Assembly: GCA_965267575.1 (NCBI GenBank)
Contig: OZ254086.1
Location: 512,001-576,000 of the forward strand
Direction: 5' to 3'
From: Calditrichales bacterium
Lineage (GTDB): Bacteria; Calditrichota; Calditrichia; Calditrichales; J004
DNA length: 64,000 nt
A program made the translations under genes and the position numbers. Of the stretch, positions 18,244 through 27,565 are shown piece by piece (the stretch's first letter is position 1; each line of letters opens with the position of its first letter). The notes under the pieces are model-generated. The model searched no databases. It worked only from the letters and a program-made list of their open reading frames with translations, and was not told the origin of the DNA.

Positions 18244-19557
18244 ATGCGCGTGTTACGCTATTTCACGGGTTTTGTCATGCTGTTTGCAATCCCGGCATCC
18301 CTGCAGGGGCAAACGCTGCAAGACCAGTTGGAAGGTATTTTCGAAGAACTGCTGAGCGTAAGCCTGGAAGGCAGTCCCGGCGCCCACGGCGAACACTTCA
18401 AGCCATCTAACGTGGCCAACAGCGGGCGCATTATCAGCAGCCTGAATAATTTCATTAGCAGCAGTGTATCCAATTTCCCGCTAAGCTCCACGGTGGCCGG
18501 TGTTACGTTCGATTTTTCCAGCGGCCGTCCGGTCAGTACTTCTACAAGTCTGGGACCTATTTTTGCCGAGCGTGCGCAAACCATCGGGCGCAACCGCATT
18601 AACTTCGGCTTCAATTTCTCGCACATCGATTTTACAAAAATCCGCGGCCTGGACACGGAAGACGTGCGCCTCACTTTTATCCACCAGGATGTGGGCAACC
18701 CCGGCCTTGGCGATTCGCCGTTTGAGTTTGATACCATTGAGCTTTTCCTCAATCTTAAAATCCGGGCGACGGTGTTTGCTTTTTTTACCACCTACGGTAT
18801 AACGGACAGGCTTGATGTTGGCGTGGCCATACCCTTTGTAAATGTGCGTCTGAAAGCGGACCCGCTGGCGATTATGGATAGCTACACCTATCTGGCAACA
18901 GGTCAGGCTTTCCATAATTTCGGGGGCACAAGTGAAGAACCGCAGCTAACAACCCGTCCCGCATCCATCGCCGATGACGCCACGGGAATCGGTGACATCG
19001 CGCTGCGCCTGAAATACAACATCCTGCGCGACAAAGGCGTGGATCTGGCAGCCCTGGCCGAATACCGTTTGGATACAGGCGAGGAGCCGGACTTCCTCGG
19101 CACCGGCGACGACCGTATTCGCCTGATGCTGGTGGCCTCCAGAGTGCTGGGCGATTTCGCGCCGCATATTAATCTTGGATATGAAATTAAGACAGGCGAA
19201 CTGGACCGCGATGAAATCGATATTTTTATCGGCTATGACCAGAAGCTTTCCGAGTCCCTGACGCTGGCCGTTGATTTTCTTGGAGAATATCAGATTGGCG
19301 AAGCAAAAGCGGAGCGGGAATTCCCGGAGCCCATCACAATAGAACCGGACGGGCTTCCGACGACCAGTTACGTCAAGCGCGTTAGTTTTACCAATATTCC
19401 GGATTTTGAAAGCGACCATAATGTAAACGGCTCGGTGGGTTTTAAATTCAGTCCCAAGGAATCGCTGATGATCATCGGTAACGCCATTGTGCCGTTGAAC
19501 GACGGCGGGTTGCGCGCGGATGTAATCCCCACGCTGGGCTTTGAATTCAGCTTCTGA
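18244..19557 (+). CDS. Putative outer-membrane beta-barrel protein (MetA-pathway-of-phenol-degradation/SphA-like transporter superfamily)
   Basis: Strong RBS GGGGGAGG; signal peptide; alternating amphipathic strands; TGIGDIALRLKY; BAM-type C-terminus LGFEFSF. Confidence 0.75.
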   Translation: MRVLRYFTGFVMLFAIPASLQGQTLQDQLEGIFEELLSVSLEGSPGAHGEHFKPSNVANSGRIISSLNNFISSSVSNFPLSSTVAGVTFDFSSGRPVSTSTSLGPIFAERAQTIGRNRINFGFNFSHIDFTKIRGLDTEDVRLTFIHQDVGNPGLGDSPFEFDTIELFLNLKIRATVFAFFTTYGITDRLDVGVAIPFVNVRLKADPLAIMDSYTYLATGQAFHNFGGTSEEPQLTTRPASIADDATGIGDIALRLKYNILRDKGVDLAALAEYRLDTGEEPDFLGTGDDRIRLMLVASRVLGDFAPHINLGYEIKTGELDRDEIDIFIGYDQKLSESLTLAVDFLGEYQIGEAKAEREFPEPITIEPDGLPTTSYVKRVSFTNIPDFESDHNVNGSVGFKFSPKESLMIIGNAIVPLNDGGLRADVIPTLGFEFSF

Positions 19558-19566
19558 GAAAGGCGA

Positions 19567-20634
19567 ATGGAAAGCGCAATCCTGCAACCGATAAAAGAGC
19601 CGGCTCAGTTATTTGGCCGCGGCTCGCTGGTAAATAAAATCTATGCGCGCATCGGCGCCGCCCGTCCGCAATCGGTTTCGCTTGTGGGCGATTGCAAAGT
19701 GGGCAAAACCTCCCTCCTGCTTTGCCTGGCCGCGAAAGAGACGTGTGCGCGCATGCTGCGGCGGCCCGAAGATTATGCGATCGTTTTCCTCTCAATCAGT
19801 GAGCTGAAAATAAAAAGCGTGGATGCCTTTGTTCAAAATTTACATAAGGCCATGCAGCCGCATTTGCCGGGTTCGAATGAGCTTTCGGCAAACGACAATC
19901 GTTACGACTGGTTTAAAAAAGCCGCCGAGGAATTTACGCAGCAGGGCAAAAAGATTATCCTCTTTTTTGATGATTTTAACCTGATCACTCAAAACGAGGA
20001 ATTTCCGCTTGAATTTTTTTCGTTTCTGCGCTCCGTGGCCAACAACTACAACGTGGCATACGTCACCACATCTTACCTTGATCTGCAGAAATTGTGCGTA
20101 TCCAAAGACGTGGAAGAATCACCCTTTTTTAATATTTTTACCAACATGATGATTAAAGGACTGGACAAAAACGACGCCAACGATCTTATGCAGGCAAAGC
20201 TGGACGGAATCAGTGAAACGCAGCGCGACAAGCTGTGGGCGCTTTGCGGCGGATTCCCTTACCTGATCAAGTTGGCCTGCGCCGCTTCCCGCGAAAAAAA
20301 CCTGCCACCCGATGACGAAGCATTTGAACGGGCTTTTTACAAACAGTCCAAGTCTTTTTTTGCGTTGCTTTGGGAGCGATTTGAAAGCGAGCACCGTCAT
20401 ATTCTGGAAAAAGTCGTGCGCGGCCAGAAGATCAATCCCCGGCAACATTATCTGCTGCATGATCTGGAACGCAAGGGTTACGTATACAGCAACGGCAAGC
20501 CAACGCTTTTCTCCCCGGCCTTTGCCAATTTTATAGCCGAGATCCGAAATATCGGCGTGCTTTCCGACTCTTCTCCCATGGGCCTGTTGAAGCGTATCTT
20601 TCAACGTATCCGTTCCACCTACAGGACGGCCTGA
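19567..20634 (+). CDS. Stand-alone STAND-like ATPase, paralog of the C-terminal domain of the next gene
   Basis: LFGR, Walker A GDCKVGKTS, Walker B LFFDDF, SPFFNIF, GGFPYL. Confidence 0.8.
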   Translation: MESAILQPIKEPAQLFGRGSLVNKIYARIGAARPQSVSLVGDCKVGKTSLLLCLAAKETCARMLRRPEDYAIVFLSISELKIKSVDAFVQNLHKAMQPHLPGSNELSANDNRYDWFKKAAEEFTQQGKKIILFFDDFNLITQNEEFPLEFFSFLRSVANNYNVAYVTTSYLDLQKLCVSKDVEESPFFNIFTNMMIKGLDKNDANDLMQAKLDGISETQRDKLWALCGGFPYLIKLACAASREKNLPPDDEAFERAFYKQSKSFFALLWERFESEHRHILEKVVRGQKINPRQHYLLHDLERKGYVYSNGKPTLFSPAFANFIAEIRNIGVLSDSSPMGLLKRIFQRIRSTYRTA

Positions 20635-23318
20635 TGATAGGCAAGCAGTTATCACACTACCGCGTTTTACAAAAGATCGGCGAGGGTGGCATGGGCGAAG
20701 TATATCTGGCCGAAGATGTCAACCTGATGCGCAAGGCCGCGGTTAAAGTTCTTTCCCAGAAAACGGGCTATAAGGAAGAATTTAAGCGCCGCTTTAAGCT
20801 GGAAGCGCAAGCCGTGGCCGCACTTAACCATCCCAATATCGTTACGATTTACGAGCTGGGCGAGGATAATGACACGCCCTTTATCGTAATGGAATATGTC
20901 GATGGCCGTTCACTACGTGAGATATTGCATAAGCGCAGCAAGCTGAGCCTGGACGAAGCGCTGAATTATGCCTGCCAGGTCTGCGAAGGACTTACCAAGG
21001 CGCATTTTGCCGGCATTATCCACCGTGACATAAAGCCTGAAAATATTCTCATTGACAAGGAAGACCGTGTCAAGATACTTGATTTTGGCCTGGCCAAACT
21101 GCGCGGCAGCAACAGTAACATCACCAGGGAAAGCACCCGCGTGGGCACGCTGAAATACATGTCGCCCGAGCAGGTGCAGGGCCATGAGCTTGACCCGCGC
21201 TCTGACATCTTTTCACTGGGCATCATCTTGTATGAATTGCTGACCGGCCACATTCCGTTCAAGGGTGACTATGATGTGGCCATCCTCTACTCCATTAGCC
21301 ACGATCCGCCCGTGCCGCTGCGCGAACGTTTGGCCGACGCACCGGAGGTACTGGAGCAGATCATACAAAAGGCGCTGAAAAAAGACCCGGCTCAGCGCTT
21401 TCAGACGGTTGGCGAAATGCAGGACGAATTGATCCGTGTGCGCCAGGGCCGGGCGCAGGGTCGCGGCCAGGAAAGCAGCCTCAACTCGCCCAGCAAAGGC
21501 ATTGAGGAATTGCTGGAACATCGTGAGAAAATCGACAAGCTCATTGAGACACGCTATAAACGCGAAGTAGTGATCATGTTTGCCGACATCGCCGGTTCCA
21601 CGCAGTTTTTTGAGAAGCGCGGCGATATTGAAGGCCGGGCGATGGTACAGCGCTTTAACCGCCTCATGTTCCCGATCATTGAAGACCACCAGGGAGCCGT
21701 AATTAAAACCATGGGCGACGGCATTATGGCCTCTTTCGGCGACCCCGTCGCGTCCTGCCGCTGCGCCATCCGTATGCAACAATTGCTTTTTACGGACAAC
21801 AGCGCCCGCCTGGAAGACGATCAGATCGCCATGCGCGTGGCCCTGCATTTTGGCCGTGGCGTGATCGAAAAGGGCGATGTCTACGGCGATGTGGTCAATG
21901 TGGCGGCGCGCGTTGAGAAACACACCGAAGCGGGCACGATTGTGATGTCGCAATCGCTGTACGAAAAGGTAGAAGATGATGAAGCTTTCCGCTGCGGCTA
22001 TCAGGGCACGTTCAGCGTAAAGGGCAAATCGGAGCCGCTGGCACTGTACCGCCTAAGCTGGAGAACAGAAGAGAGTGGTGATGAGCCTGATGAAGGCCTA
22101 AAAGCAATCGCCGCAGAACCGGACAAAACAAGCCCGCCGCCACCGCCGCCGGCAAAAACAGAATCGTCCTATGAAGAAGTGGTACAGCCCGGTTTCCGGC
22201 TGACGCGTCCCTATAAAACGCCGCCCGCACCCGACGCCGAGACGCGCCACGACGCCATGCACGGCAACCCATACATGAATCGCGTCATGATCCGCAATGC
22301 CGATGAGTTTTACGGCAGGGAGCCGGAAGTAAGAAAAATTTACGCGCGCATCGGTTCTTCGCGTCCGCAATCAGTATCGGTTGTGGGCGAACGGCGCATT
22401 GGTAAGTCGTCCCTGTTGCACTATGTTTACAGCCACGAAAACCGGCGCCATTTTCTGCTAAATGCCGACGAGTATGTGATGGTCTTTGTCGATTTCCAGG
22501 AAAAGCGCGGCATCGGCATTCCGGAATTTTTTAAAACGATCCAGGAAAACCTGCTGAAAGAATTCCGCGGCACATTTACCATAAACCTTGATCCGGGCTA
22601 TGAGACATTCAAGCGCACGGTGAGTTTTCTGGAAGAGCAGGAGCTGAAGCTTGTGCTGGTTTTCGATGAATTTGAGCTGGTAACGCGCAACGATCGCTTT
22701 GACGCCGAATTCTATTCGTTCCTGCGCTCGATGGCCAATAATCATAATGTGGCCTATCTGGTAGCATCGGGCCGCAATCTGCAGACCATGTGCCACAGCC
22801 GTGAAATTTCCGATTCACCGTTCTTTAATATTTTTTCCAACCTGACGCTGAGCCAGTTTACGCACAAGGAAGCCGCGGAACTGATCACCGAGCCGGCGCG
22901 AAAGGCCGGAGTAAACCTGGAAGCGGAAGTACCGTTTGTCATCGATCTGGCCGGATACCATCCCTTTTTTATCCAGATGGTGTGCGCCTCGCTGTTTGAG
23001 TATGTGCGCGATAAGCGGCCGCTGGACAAGGAAGTAAAAAGCAACGTGCAGGAAGAATTTCTCGATGAGGCGCGGGTGCATTTTCAGCAAATCTGGGAAG
23101 TGTGTGATGAAGACACGCGCGAAATCATGCTGCTCCTGGCCCAGGGCAAAAGGCCAGATCCCAGCCGCGAGTACCTGGTGCAGGAACTTAGCAAAGCGGG
23201 CTATATCCGCGAGGAAAAAGGCAAACCCTTGCTGTTCTCCTCGCTCTTTGCCGACTACATCAGTGAGCGCTATCTGCCCGGCGGCAAAAAGAAAAAGCGG
23301 CGCTTTTGGCCGTTTTAA
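20634..23318 (+). CDS. Hanks-type Ser/Thr kinase - class III adenylate cyclase - STAND-like ATPase fusion
   Basis: Kinase GEGGMG, AVK, HRDIKPEN, DFG, YMSPE; cyclase MFADIAGST, IKTMGDG, GDVYGDVVNVAAR; ATPase GERRIGKSS, VFDEF, SPFFNIF, GYHPF; TGATG overlap with the upstream gene. Confidence 0.92.
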   Translation: MIGKQLSHYRVLQKIGEGGMGEVYLAEDVNLMRKAAVKVLSQKTGYKEEFKRRFKLEAQAVAALNHPNIVTIYELGEDNDTPFIVMEYVDGRSLREILHKRSKLSLDEALNYACQVCEGLTKAHFAGIIHRDIKPENILIDKEDRVKILDFGLAKLRGSNSNITRESTRVGTLKYMSPEQVQGHELDPRSDIFSLGIILYELLTGHIPFKGDYDVAILYSISHDPPVPLRERLADAPEVLEQIIQKALKKDPAQRFQTVGEMQDELIRVRQGRAQGRGQESSLNSPSKGIEELLEHREKIDKLIETRYKREVVIMFADIAGSTQFFEKRGDIEGRAMVQRFNRLMFPIIEDHQGAVIKTMGDGIMASFGDPVASCRCAIRMQQLLFTDNSARLEDDQIAMRVALHFGRGVIEKGDVYGDVVNVAARVEKHTEAGTIVMSQSLYEKVEDDEAFRCGYQGTFSVKGKSEPLALYRLSWRTEESGDEPDEGLKAIAAEPDKTSPPPPPPAKTESSYEEVVQPGFRLTRPYKTPPAPDAETRHDAMHGNPYMNRVMIRNADEFYGREPEVRKIYARIGSSRPQSVSVVGERRIGKSSLLHYVYSHENRRHFLLNADEYVMVFVDFQEKRGIGIPEFFKTIQENLLKEFRGTFTINLDPGYETFKRTVSFLEEQELKLVLVFDEFELVTRNDRFDAEFYSFLRSMANNHNVAYLVASGRNLQTMCHSREISDSPFFNIFSNLTLSQFTHKEAAELITEPARKAGVNLEAEVPFVIDLAGYHPFFIQMVCASLFEYVRDKRPLDKEVKSNVQEEFLDEARVHFQQIWEVCDEDTREIMLLLAQGKRPDPSREYLVQELSKAGYIREEKGKPLLFSSLFADYISERYLPGGKKKKRRFWPF

Positions 23319-23338
23319 AGTATTAGCATATCAAGATC

Positions 23339-23418
23339 GTCATCCCGGCCCAAGCGCCGGGATCTCTTTTCTTTGGAACTATAGATCCCGGTGTGACAAA
23401 AATGCCACCATGGATGAC
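23339..23418. repeat. Inverted pair of REP-like palindromes between convergent genes
   Basis: gtcatcccggcccaagcgccgggatctct ... agatcccggtgtgac...ggatgac. Confidence 0.7.
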
Positions 23419-23442
23419 GCTTTTTTGTTTTTAGCGAAAGGC

Positions 23443-25092
23443 TTACTCCCTCTCAAAAACAATTTCCCCGCCAACTACCGTCATCAGCACATTTACATCA
23501 CGTATTGTTTCCGGCGCTATCTCAAACAGGTTTTGATCCAGCATAACGAAATCGGCCAGTTTGCCCTTTTCCAGGCTGCCAAGGCGGTCCTCATCGCGAG
23601 CAGCATAGGCGGCATTGATGGTGTGGGCCTGAAGCGCCTGCTCTACGCTGATCTTTTGCTGCGGCAGCCAACCGCCGGGATTCTTATCGTCCAGTGTACG
23701 ACGCGTAACGGCGGCATAGATCGTCTCCAGCGGTATGGGCGGCGCCACAAACCAGTCGCTGCCAAAAGCCAGTTTTGCGCCTCCATCCAGCAGGCTTTTC
23801 CAGGCAAACGATCCTTCAAGCTGCTTGTCGCTTAAAATCTTACCTGCCCAGCGCCCGTCATCGATGGCGTGATATGGCTGCACGCTGGCAATTACGCCAA
23901 GTTCTCCAAAACGCCCTGAATCAGCGGAGCCCACATGCTGGGCATGTTCTATGCGCATGCGCCTGTCACGCGGCGGATTTTCCTGCTGCACCTGCTCAAA
24001 AATATCCAGCAAAATGTGAATAGCACGGTCACCGATGGCGTGGATTACCGGCTGCAGCCCGGCGCGGTCACCGGCCATAATCCAGTCGCGCATGTTCGTT
24101 GTGTCGTTTACAAACAGACCCGTATTGTCGGGTTTACCCCGGTAAGCGTCAAAAAAAGCGGCCGTTTGCGAACCGAGGGAGCCATCCATAAAACCTTTTA
24201 AGCCTCCCCAGTGCAGCCATTCGTCACCGGAACCGTTTTCCGCCACAAACTGCTCCAGTCGCTGCCAGCCCAAAAGTGGCACGGAGGCGTAGATGCGCGT
24301 TTTCAGCAAACCTTTTTCCTGGGCGCGGCGGAAAAAATGCAGCTGGTCCCAGGAGCCCATATGATGCACCGCCGTTACGCCGTGGGAAGCGACATAATTC
24401 ATGGCGGCTTTCAATGCGCGCTCGCGGTCCTCTTCCGTCGGGTTCGGTACGTGTGGCCAGATCAGGTCCATGGCGTTATCCTTTAATACGCCGGTTAAAG
24501 CGCCGTTCTTGTCGCGCACGATTGTTCCGCCCTCCACGTCGGGTGTTTGGGTGGTAACACCGGCCAGTTGCAAAGCGAGGCTGTTGGCCAGGGCCATATG
24601 TCCGTCGAGACGGCTTACAAAAACGGGGTGCTCCGGCGTCAGGCTGTCGATCCAAATGCGGTTGGGCAATTCGCCGCCCCAGCGTTCATGGTCCCAGTCA
24701 CCCCCGGTAATCCAGGTGCCGGGCGGTACGGTTTTGGCAAAATCCGCAATGCGTTTGCTGAATTCTTCTGGTGTTGCCGCGTCGCGTAGCTGCACCGAGG
24801 CCAGACGAAACCCGCCTTCCATAAAGTGTACGTGGCTGTCAATAAAACCGGGCAGCAGCATCCGGTCCTGCGCCTCGATAATACGCGTACTGTCAGTTAT
24901 CAGCGCGGAAATCTCTTCGTTGCTGCCCAGGGCGATTATGCTGTCACCACTCAAAGCCATGGCCTGCGCCTGCGGCTGCTGTGGGTTGCCCGTCCATATA
25001 TTGGCGCTTAAAACAACCAGGTCCGCTTTTTGACCCATTGTGCATCCTCCAACTGCTAAAGCAATCGCTAAAAAAAGAAAAGAAACACGCAT
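23443..25092 (-). CDS. Amidohydrolase family 3 (YtcJ-like) lipoprotein
   Basis: Start MRVSF after AAGGAGG; lipobox VGGC; PGFIDSHVH, DGHMALANS, KGFMDGSLG, HAIGDRA, RIEHAQ, FGSDW. Confidence 0.9.
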   Translation of the reverse strand: MRVSFLFLAIALAVGGCTMGQKADLVVLSANIWTGNPQQPQAQAMALSGDSIIALGSNEEISALITDSTRIIEAQDRMLLPGFIDSHVHFMEGGFRLASVQLRDAATPEEFSKRIADFAKTVPPGTWITGGDWDHERWGGELPNRIWIDSLTPEHPVFVSRLDGHMALANSLALQLAGVTTQTPDVEGGTIVRDKNGALTGVLKDNAMDLIWPHVPNPTEEDRERALKAAMNYVASHGVTAVHHMGSWDQLHFFRRAQEKGLLKTRIYASVPLLGWQRLEQFVAENGSGDEWLHWGGLKGFMDGSLGSQTAAFFDAYRGKPDNTGLFVNDTTNMRDWIMAGDRAGLQPVIHAIGDRAIHILLDIFEQVQQENPPRDRRMRIEHAQHVGSADSGRFGELGVIASVQPYHAIDDGRWAGKILSDKQLEGSFAWKSLLDGGAKLAFGSDWFVAPPIPLETIYAAVTRRTLDDKNPGGWLPQQKISVEQALQAHTINAAYAARDEDRLGSLEKGKLADFVMLDQNLFEIAPETIRDVNVLMTVVGGEIVFERE

Positions 25093-25232
25093 AACGGCCT
25101 CCTTTTCCGGCAAATTAGAGCCGCTTACGAAACGGTGCAAGCCTGTAGTGTATCGGGATTGTTTTTTAATATGTAACGATCGTATTATACCTGAGCTCTT
25201 GTTTGCTGAACACAAACCCAGGGGAGGTCATT

Positions 25233-25655
25233 ATGGTAAATTTTGATGTTTCGATCAACTATGTGGCATGGGCTGTTGCCGTGGTTCTCTATTATGCAGG
25301 TGGCGCTTTATGGTACTCGCCGGCACTGTTTGGCAAAAGCTGGATGCAGCTTACCGGGCTGACGCCTGAAAAGATGGAAGAGGCTAAAAAAGATGCCTGG
25401 AAATCGTATGTAACGTCGCTGATCTCGGCGCTGATCATCGGTTACGGGCTGGCCCGCCTGATGGCTTATTTGCAGGTGGAGACACTCACGGGCGGCATCA
25501 TCGCCGGGTTGTTTACGTGGATCTCTTTTGTGCTGACCACCATGGCCACCAACAGCAGCTTTTCGCGCCGGCCGGTAAAATTGCTGGTTATCGATTCGGG
25601 CTATCACCTCTATGGTTTCCTGGTGATGGGCGCTATTCTGGGTGCCTGGCAGTAA
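25233..25655 (+). CDS. DUF1761-like membrane protein
   Basis: RBS GGGGAGG; GALWYSPALFGKSW...IDSGY; four TM segments. Confidence 0.8.
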   Translation: MVNFDVSINYVAWAVAVVLYYAGGALWYSPALFGKSWMQLTGLTPEKMEEAKKDAWKSYVTSLISALIIGYGLARLMAYLQVETLTGGIIAGLFTWISFVLTTMATNSSFSRRPVKLLVIDSGYHLYGFLVMGAILGAWQ

Positions 25656-25697
25656 GCCCGCCGGAAAAAGAATGAGAATCATCACCCGGATTAAGGG

Positions 25698-25722
25698 AGG
25701 CCGCACTGCTGCGGCCTTTTTT
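25698..25722 (+). terminator. Intrinsic terminator
   Basis: aggccgca-ctgc-tgcggcct followed by a T-run. Confidence 0.75.
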
Positions 25723-25798
25723 ATTTACCGCGCCATAACCGGGGATGATACTAAACATTATTTTTGTATCTTTTGCCGTATTAAAAAACAGGTTGGAT

Positions 25799-26701
25799 AT
25801 GTCTCATAATCACAGTCATTCGCACACGCCTGAAACCAGGGATTTTAATAAAGCCTTTATTATCGGTATTGCGCTGAATATAATCTACATCGTTGTAGAA
25901 GTTACTTACGGGATACTTGTTGATTCGCTGGCCCTGATTGCAGATGCCGGCCACAACCTGAGTGATGTGCTTGGACTGATTCTGGCCTGGGCCGCGAGTT
26001 ACCTGGTCAAAAAATCGGCAACGGATAAATACACCTACGGATTTAAAAAGTCATCGGTGCTGGCTGCGTTTTTAAACGCCATGATTTTGCTGGTGGCCAT
26101 CGGCGTCATTATTTGGGAAGCCATCAACCGGTTCTCCGAGCCGCGTGAAATCCCGGGCACGACCATTATGATCGTAGCCGGAGTCGGTGTTGTAATAAAC
26201 GCGGTGACAGCATGGCTTTTCTTCTCGGGAAGAAAGCATGATCTAAACATCAAAGGCGCTTTTATGCATATGGCGGCTGACGCCGGTATCTCTCTGGGTG
26301 TTGTAATGGTGGGCCTGATCCTGACCTTTACGAATCTGTATTGGCTGGACCCCGTGGTAAGTATTGTCATCGCCCTGATAATTTTCTGGGGTACATGGGA
26401 CCTGCTTAAAGATTCCACCAGCCTCGCCCTGGACGCTGTGCCCAGGGATGTTGATAAAGAGGGCGTGGAAAATTATCTGGACTCTCTTCCCGAGATTGAC
26501 GGCTTTCACGATCTGCACATCTGGGCGATGAGCACAACCGAAACGGCCATGACGGTGCACGTGGTGGTACCTAAAAAAGATGACAGGAACAAACTTATCA
26601 CAAAAATCAGCACTGATCTTCGCGAAAAGTTTGGTATTGTCCATACCACAATCCAGACAGAAGATGCCGGCGAGGAAGAGTGCACCCAAAATCCAATTTA
26701 G
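25799..26701 (+). CDS. Cation diffusion facilitator (CzcD/ZitB-type Zn/Co/Cd efflux)
   Basis: His-rich N-terminus MSHNHSHSH; SLALIADAGHNLSD, HMAAD, HDLHIW, HTTIQ. Confidence 0.93.
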   Translation: MSHNHSHSHTPETRDFNKAFIIGIALNIIYIVVEVTYGILVDSLALIADAGHNLSDVLGLILAWAASYLVKKSATDKYTYGFKKSSVLAAFLNAMILLVAIGVIIWEAINRFSEPREIPGTTIMIVAGVGVVINAVTAWLFFSGRKHDLNIKGAFMHMAADAGISLGVVMVGLILTFTNLYWLDPVVSIVIALIIFWGTWDLLKDSTSLALDAVPRDVDKEGVENYLDSLPEIDGFHDLHIWAMSTTETAMTVHVVVPKKDDRNKLITKISTDLREKFGIVHTTIQTEDAGEEECTQNPI

Positions 26702-26716
26702 CGTGGCGGGAAAATC

Positions 26717-27565
26717 TTAGTCACCCGCAAAGGTGTATTGCATGTTTTTGATTTTTCCCCGCCAGTAAGGTAAGCGACCTTGGGGCAGCAGCCAGGCCAC
26801 CTCTCCTTCCGTTGGCACCAGCATGCCGGCGTGTTCCTCATAGGCCCACCATCGTCCTTCCCATGGAACCGGAATAGATTTGCCATCCACGGTTCTGTCG
26901 CGCTGCGCCGCCGAGACGCGTTCCAGCAGATCATCCCCGTTGAAGTGGAAGGTAAGTGTTACTTCATTGAGGCCATCTTGAAAAACACATTTGGCAGATG
27001 TGCTGTCTATTGGCTGCCAGGATAGACCGTTGCCCGGTAATAATACGGTGGGATAGAGCGGCGCCTCAGCCACAAAACGCATCAGTTCGCCGCGGGCAAT
27101 TTCCGCTGTGCCGCGCATTTCCATAACCGTGAATAAGCCAAGCAGCGAGGCTTCCAGGATGCCCTCACCGGCTACGTAAGCATCGTGCACATAAACGGAT
27201 AAACCCGGCATCATGTTGATCTTCGCGTTCCAGACAAAGCCGGGCCGCGATGCCGTTACAGTTTGATCAGCGGAGAAAGGCTTCCACTGCTCGTCTTCCT
27301 GCGACATATTGAATGTGCCGCTTTGCTGCAAATTGAGCGAGGCTACAATCGGCTGACCGCTTTTGAGCACTTTGCCAAGATAGCGTTTCACCGGCTTGGG
27401 CAGCGAATCTGTCATCGATGAGTCATACGCTGAGCGGGTGTTTTGTTGAAGCGATTGGTCAAGCGTTTGAAAAAGCTCCGCGCTTTGGCTCTTCCAGCGC
27501 TGCGTGCCATACAGCACAAAAGTGGCAACAATCACAATCAGAATAAGAAGAATTTTCCACCACAT
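26717..27565 (-). CDS. Conserved membrane-anchored hypothetical protein (DUF6544/DUF6920-like)
   Basis: N-terminal TM; LPKPVKRY, PGFVWNA, GELMRFVAEAPLYPTVLLP, VPTEGEVAW. Confidence 0.7.
   Translation of the reverse strand: MWWKILLILIVIVATFVLYGTQRWKSQSAELFQTLDQSLQQNTRSAYDSSMTDSLPKPVKRYLGKVLKSGQPIVASLNLQQSGTFNMSQEDEQWKPFSADQTVTASRPGFVWNAKINMMPGLSVYVHDAYVAGEGILEASLLGLFTVMEMRGTAEIARGELMRFVAEAPLYPTVLLPGNGLSWQPIDSTSAKCVFQDGLNEVTLTFHFNGDDLLERVSAAQRDRTVDGKSIPVPWEGRWWAYEEHAGMLVPTEGEVAWLLPQGRLPYWRGKIKNMQYTFAGD

Noticed and set aside
23065-23835. 256-aa ORF spanning the kinase end and the amidohydrolase
   Set aside because: Overlaps two well-supported genes and a repeat; no recognisable domain.
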